This document shows, piece after piece, positions 30,855 through 40,375 of a stretch of 64,000 nt of DNA. Every line of letters starts with the position of its first letter. Position 1 is the first letter of the stretch. The translations under genes were made by a program, and so were the position numbers. The DNA lies in NCBI GenBank assembly GCA_031414535.1, contig JANNVQ010000014.1, positions 192,001 through 256,000 on the forward strand. The letters are read 5' to 3'. This DNA comes from Gemmatimonas sp. Lineage in GTDB: Bacteria; Gemmatimonadota; Gemmatimonadetes; Gemmatimonadales; Gemmatimonadaceae. Below the pieces are notes generated by a model. It searched no databases. It worked only from the letters and a program-made list of their open reading frames with translations, and was not told the origin of the DNA.

Positions 30855-33025
30855 TTCGATTCCTTGGTTATCCACGTCGGCCACGGCAGTGCGGCCGGCA
30901 ACGCTAGCTCATAATAGGTGCTGCCATCGGCCTCGCGCGATGCCACTTGGAAACCGTGTCCGTCGTAGAACTCGCGCACCTGCATGTTCTTCTTGGTCGG
31001 GATGAACGCGGAGAGCATGCGCTGGGCCCCGCGCAGCTCTGCCTTCTCCCGTAGCTCGGCGAGCAGCGCCGCCTCGATTCCCTGTCCAATCACGCGGCAA
31101 CTCATCAGGAAGCTGTCCACGCGGAACGTGTCATCCTCGGTCACCCCGGCGGCAAACGCCACGAGCCCGTGGTCGCCGAATCGGTCACGCGCCCGTAGGG
31201 TGACGAGATGCCAGTCCGGATTCGCCAGCTGCGCCTCGACGTCAGCCTGCGTGTAGCGGCGCGTCGTCAGGTTGAACTGATTAGTGCGATTCAACAACTG
31301 CACCACGCGGGCCAGCGATTCGGGGCCCACTGCGGCAAGCTCGACGTGAATCTCGAGCGACTGCAGGTAGCCTTCCACCGATTCAGTCGTTGTCCGCAGG
31401 GCGTCGCGCGAACGGTTGGCGCGGTATTGCTCCACCCGTTGGAGGTCTTCACTCGTCACATCCAAGGCCTCGAACCACGGCAAGGCATCGAGTGTGGCAC
31501 GATACAACGACGGGTCCCGCGGTAACTGCACCGTGAGAACTTCGGGCAAGAACTGACGGACGCGCTCGCACTCCACGGGGTTGTCGTCCATGAAGACGAG
31601 GCTATCAATGCCGATGTTGAGCTCGGCAGCGATGCCGCGGAGGTTCTCGACCTTGGATTCCCAGTTGATGCGCACCGCGCTGAACGCATTCTCACGCAAC
31701 ACCATCCACGGATGGTTGCGAATGACCTCGAGCGCATCGTCAGGATTGTTCTTGCTGTTGAGCGCCAGCAGCACGCCGCGACGCGAGAGCGCGGCGATGC
31801 CCTGCTGGAACTCGCGATACTCGATGCCGGGTGCGGTGTCGCCGAGGCGAATTCCCGTCGGACCGTCTTCTCCGACGATTCCACCCCAGAGCGTGTTGTC
31901 GAGATCGAGCACCAAGCACTTCTTGGCGATGCCTTTGGCGGCGATGGCGGTGCGCACGTACGCCTGAGCCAGGGACGGCAGCACGCCGTCACCGAGGCGC
32001 ATACCGGCGAGGTAGCGCATCTTGGGATTGTCGGCACGTCCCGCGCCGCGTCTCGCCGTCGCATGGGCCAGATCAAGCACGCGAGCGCGCGGCACCGCGC
32101 TGAGCGCCGAGGCCAAGCGCGCATTCAGCTCGCGAAGCACACTGCCGCGGCCATCGGGGGCCCAATCCAGTGGGCCAGTGCCGATGAACACCGAGTCCAA
32201 GGAATGGACGAGTACCGTAGCCGAGCTGCGCTCGGCGAGCATCCGCACGTCCGCGGCGAGTTCATCCACGGCGCGTGCGCCCGCCTCACGAAGCGCATTC
32301 CCTCGCTGGCCATCGGCGAGTTCCGGAAGCAAGTCGTCGGCTGCCACGGCTACGATCACGAGCTCCGCTCCCGAAGCGTACACGCCACTTGCTGAATTGC
32401 GCACCTCGAGCGGAACGGTGTTGAACGGCGCCACATACACACGCGGCGCAAATCCAACCGCGCGCAACTCGGCGTCCGTATAAGCCGCAAGCACGTCCAC
32501 CGTGAACGAGGCGAGGAATGCGATGGACAAGTCTCGCCCAGCGGCTGGTGCCAGCGCCTCGCGCGCGCGAAATGCGGACTGGACCGTGGCAGCCGTTCCG
32601 TCGGCGAGCGCGAGTCGCGTCAAGAAGCTATGGGCTTCCTCGTCATGGCCCAACTCGCGTGCCCAATCTGCGGCCACACGCAAAAGATCACCGTCATCTG
32701 GACTGTTCTGCAGCCACTGCAGCAGTAATTCATAGGCGCTGTGAGCACTCATACGCCGAATTAGATCTGTGCGCACTCGTCCGCGCAGCATTGATCCGTG
32801 GCGCATTAGGAAAGCCAGAATCGGCTCGCGCGCCGCGTCCTCGCGCACCCAGCTGCTCGCGGCGAGTCTCGCGAGTGCAGGCCCGAGGACAGAGGCAGAC
32901 GGGAGGGTCCCCAGCGCCGCCAGCCGCGCCACGAAGTCCGCGGGATCCAGGGCCGCAGCCACCTCCAACTGCAGCGCGTCGGGTAGCGACTGGACCATTT
33001 CCGAATTGGATTGACTCTTGAGCAT
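30851..33025 (-). CDS. FkbH-like HAD-IIIC glyceryl-transferase/phosphatase with N-terminal extension
   Basis: KCLVLDLDNTLWGG, SKN, FMDDNPVE, RTNQFNLT, DRFGDHG, MSCRV. Start uncertain. Confidence 0.92.
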   Translation of the reverse strand: MLKSQSNSEMVQSLPDALQLEVAAALDPADFVARLAALGTLPSASVLGPALARLAASSWVREDAAREPILAFLMRHGSMLRGRVRTDLIRRMSAHSAYELLLQWLQNSPDDGDLLRVAADWARELGHDEEAHSFLTRLALADGTAATVQSAFRAREALAPAAGRDLSIAFLASFTVDVLAAYTDAELRAVGFAPRVYVAPFNTVPLEVRNSASGVYASGAELVIVAVAADDLLPELADGQRGNALREAGARAVDELAADVRMLAERSSATVLVHSLDSVFIGTGPLDWAPDGRGSVLRELNARLASALSAVPRARVLDLAHATARRGAGRADNPKMRYLAGMRLGDGVLPSLAQAYVRTAIAAKGIAKKCLVLDLDNTLWGGIVGEDGPTGIRLGDTAPGIEYREFQQGIAALSRRGVLLALNSKNNPDDALEVIRNHPWMVLRENAFSAVRINWESKVENLRGIAAELNIGIDSLVFMDDNPVECERVRQFLPEVLTVQLPRDPSLYRATLDALPWFEALDVTSEDLQRVEQYRANRSRDALRTTTESVEGYLQSLEIHVELAAVGPESLARVVQLLNRTNQFNLTTRRYTQADVEAQLANPDWHLVTLRARDRFGDHGLVAFAAGVTEDDTFRVDSFLMSCRVIGQGIEAALLAELREKAELRGAQRMLSAFIPTKKNMQVREFYDGHGFQVASREADGSTYYELALPAALPWPTWITKESK

Positions 33026-33148
33026 TGTGGCGCGAGTGGTAGTCATCGGGTGCAGCGACAATCTATCGTCTGTTTACCACGATGTGCCGACCAATGCTTG
33101 CGGGGGACCCGCGCTCCTGCAAGGTTCCGCGCAACCTCTGAGGATCCA

Positions 33149-33586
33149 ATGACCCCACCCACGTCGCCCGCGCCCTTTGTCATGCCGGTCGTAGGCCATC
33201 AGGTCACGCTGCATCGCGTGCTTGCGGCCGTCGACGAGGACGCGTTCCTCACCCTCTCCGCCGACCCCAACCCTCTCCACCGGGACGACGACTTCGCGCG
33301 AAAGCACGGCCACAAGGCGCGGATTGCCCACGGCCTGCTGGTCACGTCCTTCTGCCTGCCGGCCATCGCGGCCGCTCTGGGCACGGACGGATTCCTTTGC
33401 CTCACACAGTCGGTGCGATTCAGTCGGCCCGTGAACCTAGGCGATACGCTCCAACTGCGTGCGTCCATCACCCACGTAACCCCGGCGCTTCGGCTGGCGG
33501 TTGTCTCATACGAGGCGCAGGTCGATGGCTCGACGGTGCTAACTGGTGAGGTTCATACCAAGATATTGGGAGCATCCGACAGCTAA
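33149..33586 (+). CDS. MaoC-family (R)-specific dehydratase
   Basis: SADPNPLH and IAHG hydratase-2 motif; GAGGA RBS before ATG 33149. Confidence 0.85.
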   Translation: MTPPTSPAPFVMPVVGHQVTLHRVLAAVDEDAFLTLSADPNPLHRDDDFARKHGHKARIAHGLLVTSFCLPAIAAALGTDGFLCLTQSVRFSRPVNLGDTLQLRASITHVTPALRLAVVSYEAQVDGSTVLTGEVHTKILGASDS

Positions 33587-33636
33587 CTGAATGTTGACGT
33601 ACCACCTGATGTGCTACTCACCTGCGCAACATATAG

Positions 33637-33776
33637 TGTTGCGTGCGCGACACAGGTGGTGCCGAGTGAAAAGTGCAGAGAAGTTTGCTAAGTCATTGCA
33701 GTATATGAGTTTGCTTAAAGTGCTGCATCAATATCACACAGTGATATAGGGCGGCATTAACGGCACGATTCTTCCC
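33637..33776 (+). promoter_or_regulatory. Putative sigma54-type promoter with enhancer box and IHF-like site
   Basis: TGTTGC-GTGCGC-GACACA at 33637-33654; TAA-GTCA-TTG at 33689; CGGCACGATTCTTCC at 33761 (-12 has CC instead of GC). Confidence 0.45.
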
Positions 33777-33874
33777 ATGGATGTGGCAGATCGGGCGGTT
33801 CCTGAATCTTTTAGGCAGCGGACTCCACTCGGTCGGAAATCACCAACCCCTCCTTCTGCAGGATGCCGCTTTAC

Positions 33875-34720
33875 ATGAAGAATTTGCTTCGCACTGCCGC
33901 CCTTCTCGGCGTGATTATCACCGCAGCTTGCGCGCCCTCCGCGGAGGTCCTCGGGCCATCCGCCACCAGCGCAGATCTCGTCGGCGACCGGAACAATGAG
34001 TTCTCGTTGACCCCAGGCGTGGTGAATGTCTGCGCCTTCTTCGGCGATCAGGCCGTGCCGCCAGGTGGCAACTTCTCTGCCTCCGCTCCGGCTGGTGAGA
34101 ATGTGCTTGCTGGTACCTTCAACATCACGCCAGCTCCGCATTGTATCGAGGTCTGGAACGCGTCAAACGACAACACCGTCTCGGTGAGCGCTTCCGCCCT
34201 CTCTTCGACCGCTGGGTGGCAGCTCGACCGCATCTTCGTCTCCACCGGTGACAGCCTCACCATCGCCACAAGCCAGTGGCTATACGGCGTGAGCACGGCC
34301 ACAACGACAGTGAATCGCTCCGTCGGCGGTGTGATGTGGTTCAAGTTCGTGCCGGTGGTGCTGCCGCCCCGCGGCGGCCAAGGCTGCACGCCGGGCTACT
34401 GGAAGCAGTCGCAGCACTTCGATTCGTGGACCTCGCCGTACACCCCGAGCACGCTGTTCTCGGATGTGTTCGCCAACGCGTTCCCCGGCAAGACCCTGCT
34501 CCAAGTCGCTGGGCTGGGTGGCGGTGGCTTGAACGCCCTCGGCCGTCACACGGTCGCAGCGCTCCTGAACACCGCTTCGGCTGGTGTGAGCTACGACCTC
34601 ACCACTTCGCAGGTCATCACGAGCTTCAACACTGCTTTCGCGACCCGCAACAACAAGAAGTACACCGACCAAAAGGACGTCTTCGAGTTCCTGAACGAGC
34701 AGGGCTGCCCGCTCAACTAA
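33875..34720 (+). CDS. Secreted lipoprotein of unknown function with C-terminal GCTPGYWK domain
   Basis: Lipobox TAAC; Ser/Thr-rich beta region; GCTPGYWK...ALGRHTVAALLN...GCPLN; own promoter region and terminator. Confidence 0.75.
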   Translation: MKNLLRTAALLGVIITAACAPSAEVLGPSATSADLVGDRNNEFSLTPGVVNVCAFFGDQAVPPGGNFSASAPAGENVLAGTFNITPAPHCIEVWNASNDNTVSVSASALSSTAGWQLDRIFVSTGDSLTIATSQWLYGVSTATTTVNRSVGGVMWFKFVPVVLPPRGGQGCTPGYWKQSQHFDSWTSPYTPSTLFSDVFANAFPGKTLLQVAGLGGGGLNALGRHTVAALLNTASAGVSYDLTTSQVITSFNTAFATRNNKKYTDQKDVFEFLNEQGCPLN

Positions 34721-34742
34721 TGCGAGGTACCTTAGCCCAGCG

Positions 34743-34786
34743 AACGGGGCCCGCCGGCAAATGCCGGCGGGCCCCGTTTCCTTTTT
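34743..34786 (+). terminator. Rho-independent terminator between convergent genes
   Basis: Perfect inverted repeat AACGGGGCCCGCCGGC-aaat-GCCGGCGGGCCCCGTT followed by TCCTTTTT. Confidence 0.88.
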
Positions 34787-34796
34787 GCTCCTCAGC

Positions 34797-35648
34797 TCAG
34801 CTTGGCTTCACTCCGTCGCGAATGCTGGTGAACTGAAACTGTTCAAACAGCTGCGTGATTCGGCCCAACACCCCCGCGAGTCCACCATAGTGCCGCACCC
34901 GCGTCAACGTCGGCACCGCGAGGCGGGGCTGGCCCGGATCCCACTCCCAGGGGTGCGTGTACACTGTGGCAGGCTGCCCCCGACTCTCCGCAGAGCGTAA
35001 TGCCGCACGCACCAGCCCCATCGGAAGAAGCCGCAGATAGGCGCCGCCCGCGGCCGGAAGCGTGGCACCGAGCACCGAGAGCGTAGCCGGAGGGTACTCC
35101 GCGAGCGCCCCCGCAGGACGAGAAATCACGTAGGGGTCCCGCTTACCGCCTGGGTATCCATAGCCGTTACGGCGCACGGGAAACAGAGAGGAGTCATAGC
35201 TGTGGCCCTCTTCTAAGAGGATGTCGAGGGCCCACTCTGTGCCCGGTACAATCGAGAATGACGGCGCGCGAAAGCCGCTCACGCGTTGGCCGGTTATGTC
35301 TTCGATAATCTGCTTGGTGCGCCGCACTGACAACCGAAAGGCGTCTGGGGTCTGATGCGTGATGCGCACATGGTCGTACGTATGCGATGCGACCTCATGG
35401 CCCGCATCGGCAATGCGGCGCAGCATCGCGGGGTGACGCTCGGCGACCCATCCCACCGTAAAGAAGGTGCCCGCATAGGAGAAGCGCGCCATCAACTCGA
35501 GCAGTTGATCCACACTGTTCTCCACTCGCGACTCGAAGTCGTTCCAGCGGCTCATCGGCGCGTAGGGCGCGAGCGCCACCACTTGGAAAAACTCTTCAAC
35601 ATCCACGGTGAAGTAGTGCCGCGGACGAGCTTTCGTTGCCTCAGCCAT
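34797..35648 (-). CDS. XrtA/PEP-CTERM-system polysaccharide deacetylase
   Basis: FTVDVEEFFQV, HEVASHTYDH, GFRAPSFSI, YDSSLFP, HPWEWDPGQP. Confidence 0.9.
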   Translation of the reverse strand: MAEATKARPRHYFTVDVEEFFQVVALAPYAPMSRWNDFESRVENSVDQLLELMARFSYAGTFFTVGWVAERHPAMLRRIADAGHEVASHTYDHVRITHQTPDAFRLSVRRTKQIIEDITGQRVSGFRAPSFSIVPGTEWALDILLEEGHSYDSSLFPVRRNGYGYPGGKRDPYVISRPAGALAEYPPATLSVLGATLPAAGGAYLRLLPMGLVRAALRSAESRGQPATVYTHPWEWDPGQPRLAVPTLTRVRHYGGLAGVLGRITQLFEQFQFTSIRDGVKPS

Positions 35649-35654
35649 CAGCGA

Positions 35655-36644
35655 CTAGCGCGCAACGATGTCGAGGGTGGAGCGCGGTCGGAGCGCCCAT
35701 ACACCAATCGAAAGTGGCACGAGCACGCCGATGGCATCGTAGCGGCGCCCCGTATCCCACACGCCCACAACGAACGGCGGACGGAACCCGGGGTCGGCCC
35801 GCCTATCCAACAGCATCACGAGATTGCCACTGCCGTCAGTGACGGTTACGCGAAGGCTGCCGAGCACTGTCTGCGTGTCCACCACCGCGACATTGACGAG
35901 ACGCACCAGAGCGGCATCGCGCGCGCCTCCTGCCGCAGTGGCGGCGGCGGCGCTGCTGAGGACGGGGGCTGCGGGCACATTGAGCGCGGTGCCGAGGGCG
36001 AAGACCGTGACGTCGTCGAGGACGCGTTGGCCGTCTCGTACGGCGATGCGACCCCTCAGACGCACGTGGTCGCCATTCGCGACGGTCGAGGGACGCACGC
36101 GTACGGCGCGAAGCGCCGCCGCAGTGTCCACCATATGGAGGAGCGTGTCGCTGTAGGTCGCCAGCGAGTGCAAGGCGACCCCGCGCACGAACACGCGCGC
36201 ACCGAGTGTCGCCAGGCGCGCTTGGGTCGTGGTCAGCACCGGGAACGACAGCAGCGCATCGGATTGCACCGAGTCGGATGGCAACAGCGTCACGTTGCGC
36301 TCAGGAAAACCGGCAGCGTCAATGGAATCGCCGAGGCTCGCCGCATCAACGACCAGCTTATAGCTGCCCACTGGCACCGACGAGAAGCGGAAGCGGCCCG
36401 TCGCCGACGTCGTGGCGCGTAAGACGGTATCTCGCGAAACCGGCGTCAGCAGACGCACGCGCACTCCTTCCATCGGCGAATCCGCCAGCCCCACATCGCT
36501 CGAACCGTCAGCGTCGAAGGTCACCGTACCGAACACCGTGCCCGTCGCGCTGATGCCCAAGCTGCGGCCGCCCTCGCCGCCACAGGCACCCGCAGCGACG
36601 AGCAGCGACGCCGCGAGGATCCGCGCATTGCGAATCATCGTCAT
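35655..36644 (-). CDS. Lipoprotein with CnaB/SdrD-B-like beta-sandwich and OB-like repeats (partner of the TonB-dependent receptor)
   Basis: Lipobox AGAC; GTVTFDADG, TTSATGRFRF; ATG overlaps the TBDR stop. Confidence 0.6.
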   Translation of the reverse strand: MTMIRNARILAASLLVAAGACGGEGGRSLGISATGTVFGTVTFDADGSSDVGLADSPMEGVRVRLLTPVSRDTVLRATTSATGRFRFSSVPVGSYKLVVDAASLGDSIDAAGFPERNVTLLPSDSVQSDALLSFPVLTTTQARLATLGARVFVRGVALHSLATYSDTLLHMVDTAAALRAVRVRPSTVANGDHVRLRGRIAVRDGQRVLDDVTVFALGTALNVPAAPVLSSAAAATAAGGARDAALVRLVNVAVVDTQTVLGSLRVTVTDGSGNLVMLLDRRADPGFRPPFVVGVWDTGRRYDAIGVLVPLSIGVWALRPRSTLDIVAR

Positions 36645-39490
36645 CGCGTCACCCGCAGGCCCACGCGCCATAGCACGCCAGGTGCGCGGCCATCCACCTT
36701 CTCACCGAACCCAGGATTCACCACGTAGGGAAGCGTAGTCACGCCGGTACCGGGGTTCACCGTCACAGAGCCCGTCGCATCAACCAACAACAGCGCCGCA
36801 TCTACCGGTGCGGTGTTGACGGCGAGCAGGTCCACGGCGTCCAGCACCAGATCCACGCGCCTCCCACCGATGTTCGCCACGCGGAACGCGGCGCGAACAT
36901 CCACGCTCTGCGCAAGCTCGCCGCGGCAGGCATTGCGCGCGGCAAACACACCGGACTTCAAGCAAGAATACTTGGCCAGTTGGGCGTCCATCCCCGGCAA
37001 TGCCGCATCCACGAACGCCGCGTCGTTGGTCCAATCGCCGTCGCCGTTGGCATCAACACCGCCGCGGAAGCCAGGCGTGAATGGAAGCCCCGAGCGCAGG
37101 CGATACAGACCGCCAATGCTGAACCAATCACTCAGACGCCACTCCAGCGCGACCATGGCACGGTGGGGTACATCAAGATCACTGCGGCCATCCGCCCAAT
37201 CGCGGCCGGCCAAACCATCAGGGAACGACGACTGCACGCGCCCAAGCTGCGGGAGATTGTCGTTCGTTTGGCTGTGTGTGTAGAATGCCGACAAGCTCAG
37301 GCCCGTCTCGCGCACGCGCTCCACGCCCACCGTGAGGCCCCAGTACTCGCTGCGGCCATCGTTCTCGAGCAGGTTCACGGCATCGAAGTCGGCGAAGCGT
37401 CGGTTGGACTGCGGCGTGACGACGAGCGCCGTACCGACCTGCTGCAGACTGCCAAACAGCGGCCGACCATCTTGATCTTCACCCGCCGCGAAGGCCGGCA
37501 GGTTCAGGTCGCGGCGGCGGCTCAATCCATCGGTCACGCGATACACACCAGATACCGACGCCCTCCAGTATCCGAGCGCGCGCGTGAGACCGAGCGAGAG
37601 GCGCTCGGTGCGCGTGCCACCGAACTGCGGCGACAGCATCGTGAGCGTCTGGCCCACCACTGGGGCCTGGCTCAGGCTGGGCACGGCATCCGTCGGCAGC
37701 GTGCCCACGCCGTACCGCACGCGGGCCGCACGGTCCAGCGCGAGTGCCTCGGCCATATCGCGCACGTCGGGCAGATCGCGGAAGGTGCCAGCGCCGCCCT
37801 CAAGGACCCACGCGGCCTTCTCGCCGAGCTCCCAGCGGAAGCCCAAGCGCGGCGACACCGCAGAGGTCCGCGGCGACACATCGGTGTTGTCGAGCCCGCT
37901 GAGGGCCAACCACTCTGCGTTCTCCTCGATGCGCGACACTGGCACGCCAAAGCTTTCCATCCGCAGGCCCATCGTCAGCTCTAGGCCCGACGCGAGTTGC
38001 CAATCGTCCTGCAGGATGAACGCCGTCTCGCGCAGTCGCAGCACGGCCCCTGCATCGGCGCTCTCGACGCCGCGCCACGCGGCGTTGGCCACGGGCAGCA
38101 AGCTCGGCGCTGTGCCAAACACATACTGCCCGTCACTGTCGCGCACGTACTCGGATTCAGCCCGCTGCGAGGAGGCAAGCACGCCCATCTTCAGCCGGTG
38201 GCGGCCGGCATCCATGTGCAGCAGCGCCGTCAGTCTCGGCGTGGCGCGCAACTCGCGGTGTGGCGTGCCCAGCGCGCCACCAAAGCGGGCGATGTCCGTG
38301 GTTGCGTACTCGCGTGCAAAGCCGCCCGCGCTGCCCTCGGTCCGGTTCACGTCCATCCCAAAGCGCCACTCGGCGGCCACGCGGTTCGAGAGGCGCGCCA
38401 ACACGTTCACGCTGCCCTGCCCCGCGATGCCGCTGTAGTCCGATCCGTAGTAGGAGGGAAAACCTGCGCGCTCGCCGTACCCGGTTGAGGTAAAGCGTCC
38501 GCCGCTCGCCTGCAGGCCAATCGCCAAGCGCTCGCTGCCGCGCCAATCAATGCGTCCAAACGCCGAGGCACGCTCGTCGGCGCGAGAATCCACGTTTATC
38601 GATTCGCTCCAGAAGTCGCGCTCGTTGCGCTGATAGTCGAACCCGACGATGCCCTGCGCGGTGTCGCCTTGCAGCGGGCCAGAGAGCAGGTAGCTGCCGC
38701 CGAGCGCGGCGGTGCCGCCTTCCGCGCCGACGACACTGCCCACGCGGCTGCCTCCTTGACGCGTCGAGGCGCGCACACCGACGCCTGTACCGCCGAGCTC
38801 AACGTCATAGCCCATCCCACCGACCGAAGCGGACGAGACCGCGCGCAGGGGCAGCGCGAGCCCAGCAGCATCGGCACCGCTGCCGGCCTGAGCCGCCGCG
38901 CCAGACGAACGGGCGCCATCAACGAGCATCGAAGTCATCCGCCACGGCAAACCTTCCACGCCGTACGCATCCGCGCCCACCGAGAACGCCGCAACGTCAC
39001 CACCGATGCGACGGGCTCCAGGAAGGTCGGCGTAGCCACGATCAAGCAACCACTGCCCGGGAGCGATGATGGCGCCGCGTGCTACGACGGTGTCTACGGT
39101 ACTCACCGGCGGAGTGGCCGGACGCAGCGTTGCCGCCAGGCGGACGGCCGCGCCCGCGACGACGCGCACGTCCAAGTGCACCACCGGACGGAAACCCACT
39201 TCCTCGACGGTCACGTCGTAGCGGCCACTGGGCAAAGCGTCAAAACGAAAGCGCCCGTCGTGCGACGTCAGGGTCCACTGTGTCGCTCCACCCTGACGGG
39301 ACACCACGCGCACTTCGGCCTCACCTAACGGTCGGCCATCGAGCGCGCGCACCTGCCCCTCGAATCGTCCCACGGCAAGACTCTGCGCTGGCAGCGCGAG
39401 TGGCGCGAACCAGGGCAAAAGCGTGAGAGTGGCGAGCCTAAGGCCGCGCGCAAGAACGTTCAAAACCTGCGGATGCTCGGATGGCGACAC
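36641..39490 (-). CDS. TonB-dependent receptor with N-terminal carboxypeptidase-regulatory-like domain
   Basis: Signal peptide, GRFRFDALPSGRYDVT, LQDDWQL...LTMGLR, SPRLGFRW, C-terminal beta strand VGLRV. Confidence 0.8.
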   Translation of the reverse strand: MSPSEHPQVLNVLARGLRLATLTLLPWFAPLALPAQSLAVGRFEGQVRALDGRPLGEAEVRVVSRQGGATQWTLTSHDGRFRFDALPSGRYDVTVEEVGFRPVVHLDVRVVAGAAVRLAATLRPATPPVSTVDTVVARGAIIAPGQWLLDRGYADLPGARRIGGDVAAFSVGADAYGVEGLPWRMTSMLVDGARSSGAAAQAGSGADAAGLALPLRAVSSASVGGMGYDVELGGTGVGVRASTRQGGSRVGSVVGAEGGTAALGGSYLLSGPLQGDTAQGIVGFDYQRNERDFWSESINVDSRADERASAFGRIDWRGSERLAIGLQASGGRFTSTGYGERAGFPSYYGSDYSGIAGQGSVNVLARLSNRVAAEWRFGMDVNRTEGSAGGFAREYATTDIARFGGALGTPHRELRATPRLTALLHMDAGRHRLKMGVLASSQRAESEYVRDSDGQYVFGTAPSLLPVANAAWRGVESADAGAVLRLRETAFILQDDWQLASGLELTMGLRMESFGVPVSRIEENAEWLALSGLDNTDVSPRTSAVSPRLGFRWELGEKAAWVLEGGAGTFRDLPDVRDMAEALALDRAARVRYGVGTLPTDAVPSLSQAPVVGQTLTMLSPQFGGTRTERLSLGLTRALGYWRASVSGVYRVTDGLSRRRDLNLPAFAAGEDQDGRPLFGSLQQVGTALVVTPQSNRRFADFDAVNLLENDGRSEYWGLTVGVERVRETGLSLSAFYTHSQTNDNLPQLGRVQSSFPDGLAGRDWADGRSDLDVPHRAMVALEWRLSDWFSIGGLYRLRSGLPFTPGFRGGVDANGDGDWTNDAAFVDAALPGMDAQLAKYSCLKSGVFAARNACRGELAQSVDVRAAFRVANIGGRRVDLVLDAVDLLAVNTAPVDAALLLVDATGSVTVNPGTGVTTLPYVVNPGFGEKVDGRAPGVLWRVGLRVTR

Positions 39491-39626
39491 GATGGCGAGA
39501 TGAGGACGGATCGAGAGGTACCGGCTCCAGTGCAGGAAACATACCGGCCAACAGACCTCTGTGTCATCCTGAAATCGCAGGAGCCGCCCACTGGCGATGC
39601 CTCCAAATCGGCACTAGCCTCCCCGT

Positions 39627-39926
39627 ATGCTCCCCCTTCCCTCCGCCACGGTGGTCTTCCAGCGCATTGATGACGGCGCCGTGCTCTTCGCGCCCGCCAC
39701 GGAGATCTACTTCGGCCTCAACGAAGTCGGCGCGCGCGTCTGGGAGTTGCTACCCCCCAAGAGCGACTCGCTCGACCAGCTTTGCGGCACGCTCGCTGCG
39801 GCGTACCCTGAGGTGCCCGCGACTGAGCTGAGGACAGACGTCGAGGAACTGCTCGCGCAACTCCTTCAGGAGGGACTCGTCACGCCGCCAAGCGGCGGGG
39901 CGTCTGATGGCCCGTCTGCGATCTAA
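39627..39926 (+). CDS. PqqD-family RiPP recognition element (lasso B1)
   Basis: AVLF...YFGLNEVGARVWELL...DVEELLAQLLQEGLV. Confidence 0.92.
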   Translation: MLPLPSATVVFQRIDDGAVLFAPATEIYFGLNEVGARVWELLPPKSDSLDQLCGTLAAAYPEVPATELRTDVEELLAQLLQEGLVTPPSGGASDGPSAI

Positions 39927-40356
39927 GATCGCGGACCGCCTCGCTGCACAGTTCGCGCTCCTGCGCGCCCGTCGGCTTCTGGCCACTGCGCCCATCGGCG
40001 CACTCACCACACGCCGAGTTGGAACGGCCCGAGTCGCAGACAGCGAGATTCAAGAGCCACCCCGCGCTGCACCTGAAGCGCAACTGCGCGCCGCGGCCTT
40101 GGGGGACGCGGTGCAATGGACCTCGACCCACGGACTGTTTCGTCCGTTTTGCCTCGTACAGGCGCTCGCACTGCAGGAACTCCTCTCCAAAGCGGGCATT
40201 CACGACAGTGAAATTCGCGTCGGGGTCCGGCGCGAGGGTAACTCGCTAAAAGCCCACGCTTGGGTGCGCTGGAACGGACAAGTCCTCGGCGACGACCCCA
40301 AGCACGTCAGCGAGTTCACCGAAGTGGACGACATTAGCGTCCTCGGTCTGCGATGA
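39907..40356 (+). CDS. Lasso peptide leader peptidase B2 (transglutaminase-like)
   Basis: CLVQAL, IRVGV, AHAWV and downstream D form a Cys-His-Asp triad. Confidence 0.92.
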   Translation: MARLRSKIADRLAAQFALLRARRLLATAPIGALTTRRVGTARVADSEIQEPPRAAPEAQLRAAALGDAVQWTSTHGLFRPFCLVQALALQELLSKAGIHDSEIRVGVRREGNSLKAHAWVRWNGQVLGDDPKHVSEFTEVDDISVLGLR

Positions 40357-40375
40357 TCACGCGGCAGCTCTCCTC

